Below the pieces are notes generated by a model, which was given only the letters and a program-made list of their open reading frames with translations, ran no database searches and was not told where the DNA came from. A stretch of DNA of 64,000 nt from Lama guanicoe (lineage: Eukaryota). The stretch lies in the NCBI GenBank assembly GCA_013239625.1, contig MU053561.1:3178283-3242282 (forward strand), written 5' to 3'. Shown here one piece after another: positions 1 through 11,922 of this stretch. The stretch's first letter is position 1, and each line of letters begins with the position of its first letter. Made by a program: the position numbers and the translations under genes.

Positions 1-345
1 CCAGAATTTTATAACTGGCATAAGCATTTTCATTGCATCAAAAACAACAGAATACTCAGAAATAAACTTACCCAAGGAGGGTTCCTATACTCTGAAAACT
101 GTAAAATATTGGTGAAAGGAATTGAAGACGATACAAAAGGAAATGGAAAGATATCTTGTGCTCTTGGATTGGAGGAATACACATTATCAAAATGGCCATG
201 CTACCTAAAGCAATCTGCAGATCCAGTGTGACCCCTGTCAAAATGCTCATGACAATTTTTCACAGAGCTGGAATAAACAATTCTAGAATTTGTATGGAAC
301 CATAAAAGACCCCGAATTGCCAAAGCAAAAAAAAAAAAAAAAAAA
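1..345 (+). mobile_element. L1 ORF2 fragment ending in an A19 tract
   Basis: L1 ORF2-like sequence (aaatggaaagatatcttgtgctcttggattgga ... aaaagaccccgaattgccaaagc) followed by poly(A) at 327-345; truncated by the window start. Confidence 0.85.
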
Positions 346-3300
346 CCTAGAATTCAACAATACTTGACTGTTGCTGCAGTACATTTCTGGAAACCACATG
401 GAAAATCCTAAATCTGATCTAACTCATGGGATCTGTCTTATAACTGGATGTTGCATTCTTGACCAAAGACTTGGCATCAGATAAATCATAGATACTAAAT
501 ACGTCATGGAGGCAAAGAATCAGAGTTTAACTGGTAGTTCTTATCCCTGGCTCCTGCATTAGAATTATGAAACGAGATTTAAAACAAATACACCAACAAC
601 CAAATGTCTAGGCCATGCTGGGAACCCACTGAAGCCAAATGTATGAAGGCAAGCCCAGGTAATCAAAATTTTTTGTTTTAAATCAAGAGCCATGACTAAA
701 AGAGATAGTTGTCATTTGGCACTTCAAAAAATTAAAAGAGCCACTTGAAAGTAAATCATAAGACTTACTGATTCTCCAAGTGGAAATTTAGAGATCCCAC
801 ATTGATGAATGAGTCCTCTCACATGACAATAAAACATTGCCTACTGCATCTACTGTCCGCCAAGTTCTGCATGTGAACTAGTGCCCTCAAAGTACAATGT
901 TCTAAGGCTGATGGTTAGTGAGTTAATGAGTATTGAGAATGTGTAGTGTCTCTGTATTGCGGATTTGCCGGGGAGTCTATGGAAAGGAATAGACACAGTC
1001 CTTACTCTTTAGAGATGATCAAGGAGAGAAGAGCATGGTGATTCCGAAGTTAGGCTTCCAGCAATTTAGAAACACGGCAATGTTGGCCTTCGCTGACAAC
1101 AGCATTTGTATCTGAAAGGATCTCAACCAAATAGATCCAGTTATTCAGAAATTGTGATAATCCAGAGATACATTTCAGGATTCTTCCCTTCCCCTGGCAA
1201 AAGGCTGGAGACAGCTGACTTGGGAAGGGGACCCTCAGCTCAGCCTCTGGGGCTCCTCCAGGTGCAACCAGTGTGGCAGGAAGGCAGTCCCTGAGAGCCA
1301 GCCACCGCGAGGCTCCAAGAAGGGACCAGCCCTGTGCCCTCTGCATTGGGCTCATACAAATCCAAGAGGCTGGTTTCTCTTTCTGATTCCAGTTCTTCAC
1401 CATGAATTATGTGATTTGAGGCAGGGCATTTCCTGATGGCTCAGTATATCCACTTTAAAGTCGAAAAATTATATCTACCCCTGCCTACCTCAAAATATAC
1501 TTTAAAGACAAATTAAATTGGATTGAAAGATATCTGAGCGTTTTAACACATTTTTTATCTGATTCTAAGAGTGACATTTATTGAATACAGTTTGGAAACT
1601 ACAGAGAAATAGTTATATGATATAATGAAGAAAATAAAACCCATCTGTAATCACACTCCCACAATCATTATTTTATAAGCATAAAAAAAAACACAAATGA
1701 AGAACATTCTCTATATGCAATTTTATATCCTATTTTTTTAACCTAAGGCTATATAATGGACATCATTATATATCTTAAAATTTTCCTTTAAAAATACTAT
1801 TTCCATTCTGCATAATATTCCGTTTTATGGCAATGTCATGATTTGTTTATTCGTGGTGATATATACAATATGAATATTTTAAAAATATAAAGGAAAGTTA
1901 ATAACCCAAGAAATTATTTATAACAAGTATTATTTATAACACTAGATTTGGAGGTTTTAAAAATATACACATAACAGTTGGAAACAATCTCAGAAGCACA
2001 GAAAATGAGATTTTAAAAAACAATCAAGAGCAATTTCATTTTTAAAGGTCAATTCGCTTACAAGGGACACAGAGAACATGCAATAATCACCTATAATTAC
2101 ATTTCAATTGACTTCTGGTAATTTTATCTTTAACACCCCCTACTGGCTTGCCTTATCATTTTAGCATTATCGTTTTCTTAAAACAAAAAGAAAAAAGAAA
2201 AGAATTTTGATTTCATTAGAAACCTGCCACCATCTTTCCAGTCTTAGCCTTTTCATTCTTTCTCTCAAAAAATAAAGTGAGAGGGGTAGGAGCAAAGGAA
2301 AACTAGAACAACTGATATTTACTTTATACTAACCCTTCCCCACCAACCCCACCCACCGTGTGCAATGAACAGAGGCTGGAGAAGCCCAAGAGAATGTGAA
2401 GGGGACAGCCTCAAACTTTCTTTTAAGAACTTTGTCACTTGTTGCATTACTCATTCGTTCAAGACCATTGCCATTATTCAGTTTATCTGAAAGATAACCT
2501 CAAGAATGTGTGGAGCCACTGGAACTAAGGGGTTAAGTCAGGTCAGGGCTAATGTGTGTTCTTAATGCTGGAGTTCCAGGAAGATCAATTCAAAGTGCTC
2601 CTTGAGATGGCACTTAACTGAGTAGTTGCTTATAATAGCAAGTTCCACCCAGCTATTCCACTTCCAGCCACAAAGGTCAGCTGATGCCCATGTGCGATGT
2701 GTGGAAACCAAAAGGAGCTATCACTCCATTTCTGATGGGTCTGGGCTCCCTTCATTCATTCAAAAAGCATTCACTGAGTGTCCACTCTGCATGGCACCAA
2801 TCTAGGCACATGTACAAGACAGACCAGGTCCTTGCTCCTATGGAGTTTCTAGCCTAGTGGAAAAGATGAGCAATAACAGAGCTTTAGGGGAATTTCCATT
2901 TGTTTCAACCATGCCTTGAAGAGCTGCAACATTTGTATTTGAATACAGATAACTCTATGTATTTGAGATTCTGCTCAAATTATCTCTTTGCAGAAGAGTG
3001 TCTCATCACCCACAGCAGCTTTCTCCTGTACGCAAAAGACCAGATCCCAGAGTGAACGTTTCCTGGACTGCTTTAGAAAGCCCAGCACCAGTGGAGGTCT
3101 TCAAGGGGTGGGAGCTTCTCCTTTCAGCCACAAATTTTTAAAACCTCTGATGAAATCACTTGGTTTTCAGAGACAGGATTATAAATTGTCTTTGATGTCC
3201 TTGGCTGGAGTAATTTGGTAGGAACATTTAATCACTGGGAACAGTGTTTGGAGCTCATAATTCTTTCTTACCAGTGCTCTTCTTTTGGCTATAGCTGATT

Positions 3301-3779
3301 TAAATCTTTTTTGCCTTTAGATTCAAATAGCAGGTATTTTTTCTACATGCAAAATTCTGTGCAAGATACATCTATTTCCTCTGAATTTTTTGTGACAGCT
3401 AACTTAATCCTGCATTAGGAATGGGGAAGGAGACACTTACAGGGATTAGGGCCTCGTTCAAAGTCAGACATAGAAGGACCACACTCAAGCCTTCTGTCTC
3501 TAAGTCCACTATGTGCCCTGAGGCTGAAGCTGTCTCCTTCTGTCTATGTGCATATTTACAGCACTGGGCTAGATCTTGAGAAAAGTAATGTGAAATGTGA
3601 TGGGCAAGTAGCCATATTAATGAAGATTATGATCTCACTGGGGCCACTAGTCACCAGTGAAACATTAGGTTAGAGACATTGAATGTATACTTGAATATAC
3701 TGATATTAAATATAGCCTCAAGTGTTGGCTGCCTCTCCTCAAATGCAATCCCGAAGAGGTCCCAGGAGTACAAATAGAA

Positions 3780-5360
3780 AACACAGTATTAATTTATAAA
3801 ATTATATCATATATATGATATATGATATAATTTACAAAAGCAAGAAAAGTATTTAGTATTATCCTAATAAAGAATTTACAGGACCTTTATTGAGGAAAAA
3901 AATGAGCTTTGTTGCTTTATTAAAGGAAAAAAGAAAAGACCTAAATGAATGACTGGGGCAATTTAGTATTGCTGTGGTGTCGATTGTCCCTAGATTGCTT
4001 TATAGTTCATTACAAGTCCAATCAAGATCACAGCAGGAGTTTCTGGGACTATGATAAACTGATTTTAAATTTTATATGGGAGAATAAAGGCCCTTGAGTA
4101 ACTAAGCAACTTTGAAGAAGAAAAACAAAGGGAAGGAACAATCCTACTTGAAAATGAGACATTTGAGAAAAATATAGCACCTCAAGTTATGAGGTTTATG
4201 TGCCGAACCAGCAAACAAATCAATGGAAAGAATGAAAAGTCTCAAAATGAAACTATACATCTATGAGAAGTATATGATGTGTGTAGTAAAAGGATAGACT
4301 ATTAAAACAATTTGGGAGAAAGTAGTCTTACTATATGGAGAAAAATAAACTTGAATCCCTATCTTGATTCATTAGAAAAAAAACTTCAAAATGTGAAAGT
4401 AAAACTATAAAACTAATAGAAGAAAATATTGGGGACTATCTGTTTGCCCTTGGATGGTGGAGAAATTGCTAAATAAAACCTCGCAAGTTCAAGGTGACAA
4501 GAGATAAACTGAAGAATTTGACAACAATCAAAAATGAAAGGGTTGGGTTTGACGAGGGACATCACAGACAAAGTTAACAGTGACAGGTGGCTGGTGACAG
4601 CCTAGAAGATATTTGCAAGACCTAAAATCTGTAAGGTATTAGCAGTCAACGTGTTCAGGGAATTAGTACAAGTCAGTAATAAAAAGATAGGAAAAAAAGA
4701 ACAATGGATATACATAGGCATGTCACAGAAGAGAATCAATCTGACCAGCAATCAGAGAAGAGCCTGATAGAGCATCACTGAGATGTGACGTCACATCATC
4801 AGACTGGCAAAAACTATAAAGTCTGACAGGTGCTGTTGAGAATGAGTTGAAACAAAGCTTTGCACCACTGGTGTGGGAAGGTGAACCACTGCAGCTCTCA
4901 GAAGGAGTAATACGGTAATTGTTATTGAAATTATGTACTCATGATCCTATGGACTCAGAGACCTCCCTTCTGGGAATGTACCACAGAGAAAACTGTCCCT
5001 AAGGAGAGGCTGCAAATTTCTCTTTATGGTTAGTTTCTGTGACCAGCATAGAGAACACTGTAAGTATAGTCAGTTTACATGGATGTTCATGGAGGTGTTT
5101 TGGAGGCGTCCTGAGGGTCCATCCTGAAGAATATGGGTAAGTACACTCTGAATGTGCACTTGATAGACTAGTATGCAACAGGCAGAAGTATTATACTAGA
5201 CTGACGTGTAGCACATGGGTAGCTCTCAAAAACAGGTTGGAGGATTAAAGAAATAAAACAAGATTTGTAGCACAATACTATTTATGTATTTTAAAAACTC
5301 AGACATAGAAACAGTTTCTTGTGGATGTACATTTATCCAAACAAACATACACAAGTCGTA
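3780..5360 (+). mobile_element. Ancient, highly decayed L1 (L1M/L1ME-like) ORF2-3'UTR fragment
   Basis: A-rich degenerate L1 motifs in the expected order (gacctaaatgaatg, gtaaaactataaaactaatagaagaaaatat, gaagatatttgcaa); boundaries approximate. Confidence 0.7.
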
Positions 5361-6139
5361 CTGGAAGGACACACATTAAATGCACCAGAGAGGGTGTGGA
5401 AAAAGGAAGGAAGTGGGAATTGAAGATGAGCGTGAAAGGGAGAAAATAAAACAAAGATGGGCCATGCATAAACCATGGAGGATACACTCCGGACTGAGGA
5501 GAATGAGGAATTCAGTTCTGCATAGGAACTTCAGAGAAGGGAAAAGATCAAAGTGGTTTGGGAAGACCCAAAGGACTTTTCAAAAATAGAGGTGAGATGC
5601 AAAGGGGTTATGGGTAAAATAATCAGGGCATAAAGTGACAGCAAATTATTTCCAGCATCTCCAGAAAAAAAATTCCCACTATAAGTGAAGTCAGAAAGAT
5701 TCAAAATGTAATAGAATACACTATATATGAAATATTTGCATTTCAGTGACATTGTATATCTTTCTCTTCTCATCAATCTCATTTTTAAGACATAAATTCA
5801 TTAAAAGTGGTAATCACTATGAAGCAAAGTTGAATGTTGGTGCTTACTTTTAACAACTTTTCATATATTAGAGATATGTCCCTGTGTTGATTGTGAAAAA
5901 TAACAATGTAGACTTCTATAGATCTCCTACATTAGTTATATTTTTGAAGTACTTATTATTTTTTTACAAATTTCATGCACTGTAATTGTCTTTGTATTGC
6001 TTATGAAAGGCATGAATTCATTTTGACTCTGAAAAGACAAAAAGGTAGTGATTTTTAAAAATCCCCCTTCTTAGATATTCTGACATAAAAAATGAGGTTG
6101 CCAGGCAGAGAAAATGAGATGACAGACTTAAGAAAAAAT

Positions 6140-6460
6140 AATTTTATAGGTGACAATGGGTCTACCCTGACAAGATAAAATTCAATGGGGATAAATGTTA
6201 GCTCCAGCATTTAAGCTCAATAAAATCAATTGCTCAAAAGAGAATGGGAGAAACCCAGCTCTACAGTAATGAATGAGAATAGGATCTGGGGTGTTTAGTT
6301 GACCGCAGGCTTAGTTTGAGGCTATAATAAAATGTGTCCGCTACAAAAGTTGCCCAACGTGTTGCCTGCATTAATAAAAGTGCAGCGTGTGAGTCATAGG
6401 CATCCACGCTTACTGTCCTCTGTGCTGGTCAGATGTCATCAGCATGACTATGTCCAATGC
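6140..6460 (+). mobile_element. L3/CR1 LINE fragment
   Basis: CR1-like motifs aaattcaatggggataaatgt, ggatctggggtgtttagttgac, gcctgcattaataaaag, ctctgtgctggtcaga. Confidence 0.6.
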
Positions 6461-6514
6461 TAGATAGCAGTCTTTTTAAACAATAGTTTTATTTGTTGTA
6501 AAGATAATACATAT

Positions 6515-7640
6515 TGAAAAAAAGATTTATAAATAGCCAATAAGCACATGAGAAAACCATTAGTTATTAAGAAATGCAAATCAAAATCATAGTGAAACGC
6601 CACTTCACGTTCACTGGAACAGCTATAATAAAAATGATGAACAATGGCAAGTGTTGGTGAGAACGTGGAATTGAAACATTTATAAATTGCTGATGGAAAT
6701 GTAAAATGGCGCACTTACTTGGGAAAACATTTTGAGAGTTTCTTAAAAACAATTTCTTAAACATAGACTTACCTTATGACCCAGCAATTTGACTCCTAGG
6801 TATCTGTTCAAGAGGAATAAAAATATCTGTCCACATAAAGACTTGTTTACAGAGATACACGTAGCAACGTTATTTACAATACTCAAAAAATGGAAACAAT
6901 CCAACTGATGAGTGGATTTAAAAAAAAAAAAGGTAACCATGTGAGGTGATAAATGTGATAATTAATCTGATGGTGGTAATCATTTCACAAACTGTATGTA
7001 TGTCAAATCATCACATTGTACATTTTAAATATATACTATTTTAAGTGGGAGGGTATAGCTCAAGCAGTTAGAGAGCATACTTAGCATACACAAGGTCCTG
7101 GGTTCGATCCCCAGGATCTCCTCTAAAAATAAATAAACCTAATTACCTTCCCCAGCTCCCCACTATATATATATATTTGTCAATTATACCTCATTAAGGC
7201 TGAAAAATTAACTTTAAAGACTGATAAATGGATACATAGCATAGCATATATCCATACAATGGAACACTATTCGGCAATAAAAAAGACCAAAGTACCAGTA
7301 CATGCTACAACATAAATGGACCTCAAAAACATGTTCAGTGAAAGAAGACAGACACAAAGTACCACATATTGTATCATTTCATTTATACAAAAAATCCAAA
7401 AAAGGAAATATATAGAATCAGAAAGTAGATTAGTGTTCGCATAGAGCAGGAGAGGGAAGTTGGGAACGACTGTAAATGGGCTCAAGATTTCTTTTTAGGA
7501 TGATGGAAATGTTCTAAAATTAGACTGTTGTGATAGTTGACAGTTCTGCCAATATACTGAAACACATTGAAGTATACACTTGAAATGAGTGAACTTTATG
7601 TATATGAATTCTATCTCCATAAGGTCATTGAGAAAGACAA
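6515..7640 (+). mobile_element. L1MB-like 3' end interrupted by an L1MA-type tail (6918-7219), which itself contains a SINE
   Basis: L1 ORF2 end and 3'UTR motifs; the inner tail is flanked by a degenerate TSD actgatgagtggat (6904-6917) / actgataaatggat (7220-7233). Confidence 0.8.
7045..7163 (+). mobile_element. tRNA-Ala-derived camelid SINE (vic-1-like)
   Basis: gggagggtatagctcaag...gtcctgggttcgatccccag with Pol III A/B boxes, then the tail aaataaataaacctaattacc shared with the copies at 9859 and 39897. Confidence 0.85.
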
Positions 7641-7969
7641 AAAATATAATACATGTTTATTATAAGGAGACAAGGAACATAAAAAGTCAAGAGAATAAAA
7701 TAAAAACAATAGCAAAGAAACCATAAACAAAAATCTCCCAAATTCCATTATTCAGAATAACCATGGTCAACACTTGGGGAATATCATTCTAGATACTACT
7801 TTACTCACACTGACAATCAGAAGGAGAGATAATAAGGCAATGGGACAAAAATAATTTTACACAATTGTATCATATCATATGTGCTGGGTTGCTTTTTTTT
7901 TGGTTAAATTTAAATCAGATCTTACTTGAATTTAATGGAATAGGTATATTATTTTTAAGAAATGATGCA

Positions 7970-8200
7970 AAGGGAAGCTCCCAAATCAGACCATTTGGGC
8001 TCAAATTCTGGCTCTGCCTCTTGCTGGTTAAGAAACCCTAGCAAGTTCTTTAACCTCTCTATGCCTCAGTCTCCTCATTCACACCTAATGCAGATAATAT
8101 TAGCTGTCTCATAGGTTTACTGTAAGGCCTAATGAAACAATTTGTGTCAAGAGGTTAGCATAGTGGTTGGCACAGAGCAAGCATTCAGCAAGTATTTATT
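7970..8200 (+). mobile_element. MIR SINE
   Basis: caaattctggctctgcctcttgct...aagttctttaacctctctatgcctcagtctcctcat core. Confidence 0.75.
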
Positions 8201-8423
8201 ACTGATTTACAGTGATTATTATTCAAACATCTTTAAGGCATACAAGAATAGAAAGTTCAAAATGATGAAAAATCCAAAATCATGTCATGTAAGGAATGGT
8301 TAATGGTCACTGGAATTGATTCACCTGGATAAAGAAAAAGGGAAAATATCATGACTCTTTATTTTGGAAAGTCAAAAGTAAAACCAAAAGATGTGTCATG
8401 TAAGCAGGTGAACAAAGCTGAAG

Positions 8424-8929
8424 TGGTGGGGTAGGATGGATAATGTCCCTGCCCCTCTGCAAAGATGCCCAAATATGAATTCCCAGAACCGGTGGAAGTG
8501 CTACTTTACATGGCAAAAGTGACTTTACAGATGTAATTAAATTAAGACTCTTGAGATGGGATTATCCTGTATTATCCACGTTGGCCAAATTTAATCATAA
8601 GGGTCTTTATAAAATGGAAGCAGGAGTGTGGATGACAAGCAGAGGTAATGAAGGGGCAGCAGGGGAGGAGGAAAGAAGGAGATTTCATGATGCTATGCTG
8701 CTGACCATGAGGATGGAGGAGAGGCCACAAGCTAAAGATGCAAGAAGCCTCTAGAAGTTGGATGAGGCTAGGAAATAGATTTTACCCTAGAGCCTCCAAA
8801 AAGAATGCAGCCCTGCCAACCCTTTGATTTTCGAACTTCTGACCCCTACAACTATAAAATAATAAATTTGTGTTGTTTAAGCTACTAATTTGGAGTAATC
8901 TGTTTCAGAGGCAATAGGAAACTTATACA
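8424..8929 (+). mobile_element. MaLR solo LTR (MLT1C/D-like)
   Basis: acatggcaaaagtgactttacagatgtaattaa, ctagagcctccaaaaagaatgcagccctgcc, ending gcaataggaaacttataca. Confidence 0.85.
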
Positions 8930-9858
8930 AGAGGTTATACTAATCTCAGACAAAATAGACTTTAAAATAAAAAAATGTTACTGGAGATAAAGAAAGACTT
9001 TTATAATGAAAAGAGGTCAATCCATTGGGGAGATATAAAAATCATAAACATACATGCACCTAATGGAGCCCCCAAATACATGAGGCAAAATGGACAGAAT
9101 TAATAAGAGAAATAGACAATTGAACAATAATACTTGGAAATGTTAATGCTCCACTTCTAATAATGGCTAGAACAACTTGTAGAAGATCAATGGGAAATAA
9201 TAGACTTGAATAATGTTATGCACCAACTAGACTGAACAGATTTCTATAGAGCATTCAATCCAGCAAGCAGGGAATACATATTCTCAAGTACGCATGGAAC
9301 ATTCTCCAGGATAGCCATTTGCTAGGCCATAAGACAAGACACAATAAATCTAAAAGGATTGAAATTATACAAAATATGTTCTCTAGCCACAAGAGAATGA
9401 AATTAGAAAGTAATAACATAAAGACATTTGGGGGAATTCTCAAATACGTGCAAACTAAACAGCAAACTCTTAAATTACCATTGGGTCAAAGAAGAAGTTA
9501 CAAGGGAATTTAGAAAATATTTTGAGGTGAATGAAAATGAAAACACAACAATACCAAAACTTCTGGGTGCAACTAGTGTTTTAGAGGGGAATTTATAAAT
9601 ATAAAAAAGAAGAAAGATTGCAAATCAATAACCCATCTTTTCACCTTAGAAACTAGAAAAAGAAGAGCAAACTAAACCCAAAGGAAACAAGGAAAGAAAT
9701 AATACAGAGTGGAAAATAATGAAATAGGAGATAGAAAAGTATCGGAGAAAATGAACAAAATCAAAAATTGGTTTTTTGAAAAGACCAACAAAATGAACAA
9801 ACCTCTAGTCAGACTTACCAAGGAGGAAAAGAAAGAGAAGACTCAAATTACTTGAATG

Positions 9859-10020
9859 AGGGGAGGGAATAGCTCAAGTAGTAGAGCACATGCTTAGCAT
9901 GCATGAGGTCCTGGGTTCAATCCCCAGTACCTCCTCTAAAGACAAGTAAACCTAATTACCTCCCCTCCACTGCCAAAATTACATAATTAAATAATATAAT
10001 AGTAAATAAATAAAATATTA
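9859..10020 (+). mobile_element. tRNA-Ala-derived camelid SINE (vic-1-like)
   Basis: gggagggaatagctcaagtagtagagcacatgcttagcatgcatgaggtcctgggttcaatccccagtacctcc plus an AT-rich tail. Confidence 0.85.
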
Positions 10021-10795
10021 AAAGAATTATGAAAATGAAATGAAAGAGGGCACATCACTACCAACCTTACACATATGCAAAGGATTATAAAGGACTACAA
10101 TGAACAGCTGTATGGCAAAATGTTTGATAATCTAAATGAGATGAACAAATTCCTAGAAAAACACAAACTACCAAAACTAACTCATGAAGAACTAGAAAAT
10201 CTGAATAGACCTAAAACAAGAGACTTGAATCAGGTAAAAAACAAAACAAAATGAAACAAAGCACAACAGAAAAACCCCAACAACTATTTACAAAGGAACA
10301 CCCTGGCTTAAATAGCTTCATTGATGAGTTACACCAAAGGTTTAAAGAATACTTATTATGAATTATTTATACCCTCTTTCCAAAAATAGATGAGAGGGGA
10401 ACACTTTCAACTCATTCTATGAGCGTCAGTATTACATTGATATGGAAACCAAAGACACTACTAAAGGAAGGAAGGAAGGAAGAAAATGGCAGATCAATAT
10501 ATCTTATAAATATAAACATATTTATATAAATTATAGCAAACTAAATCCAACAACTTAAAAAGGATTCTACATCATTATCAAGTGTGATCTATCCAAACAA
10601 TGCAAACTTGATTTAACACATGAAAATCAATTAATTTCATACACTATATTAATAGAATAAAGGCCATAAGCTACATGATCATCTCAATAGATGCTGAGAA
10701 AATATTTGACAAAATCCAGCACATTTCATGACAAAAATATTCAACATACTAGGAATAGAAGATACTTTCCTTAACCTGATAAAAGACATCTATGA

Positions 10796-11922
10796 GGGAC
10801 CATAGACGATACACAAAAATAAACTCACAATGGCTTAAAGACTTAAATATAAGACAAAACATTATAAACCTCTTAGAAGAAAACATAGCCAAAACATTAT
10901 ATGACATTAATCTTAGCAATGTTCTCCTAGGGAAGTCTACCCAGGCAATAGAAACAAACAAATGGGGCCTTATTAAATTTATAAGCTTTTGCACAGCAAA
11001 GGAAACCATAAGCAAAACAAAACAACAAGCTATGGAATGGGAGAAAATATTTGCAAATGATGCTACTGACAAAGGTTTAATTTCCAGAATATATAAACAG
11101 CTCATATAACTTAATAATAAAAAAACAAATAACCTAATCCAAAAATGGGCAGAAGACCTAAACAAGAAATTCTCCATTGAAGACATACAAATGGCCAATA
11201 GGTACATGAAAAAAATGCTCAATATCAGTCCTTATCAGAGAAATGCAACTCAAAACTACAATGAGGTATCACCTCACACCAGTCAGAATGGCTATCATTA
11301 AAAAGGGAACCCTAATTAAAAAAGATACATGTACCACAATGTTCATAGTAGCACTATTTACAATAGCCAAGACATGGAAACAACTTAAATGTCCATTGAC
11401 AAGTGGACAGACAGATGACTGGATAAAGAAGTTGTGGTATATTTATACAATGGAATACTACTCAGCCATAAAAATAATAAAATAATACCACTTGCAGCGA
11501 CATGGATGGACCTGGAGACTGTCATTCTAAGTGAAGAAGACCAGAGAGAGAAAGAAAAATACCATATGATATCACTCATATGTGGAATATTAAAAAAAGG
11601 AAAAAAGAAAAAAGAGGACACTTATGAACTCATTTAGAAAAGAAACAGACTCACAGACATAATTAACAATCTTATGGTTACCAGGGAAAGGGGATGGGAA
11701 GGGATAAATCTGTGAGTTTGAGATTTGCAAATGTTAACTACTATATATAAAAATAGATAAAAACAAATTTCTTCTGTGTAGCACAGGGAACTATATTCAA
11801 TATCTTATAATAACCTTTAATTAAAAAGAATATGAAAATATATTTATATATATGCATGACTGGGACATTATGCTGTACACCAGAAATTGACACATTGTAA
11901 CTGACTATACTTCAATTAAAAA
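10796..11922 (+). mobile_element. Younger 5'-truncated lineage-specific L1 inserted in the older L1
   Basis: Well-preserved ORF2 C-terminal peptides ([30 protein letters not shown]), 3'UTR and poly(A); TSD aaaagacatctatga (10781-10795) / aaaaggcatctagga (11923-11937). Confidence 0.9.

Noticed and set aside
10749..11637. Several 70-160 aa ORFs
   Set aside because: Sense ORFs are fragments of L1 ORF2 and antisense ORFs are the usual L1 antisense artefacts; no intact L1 is present
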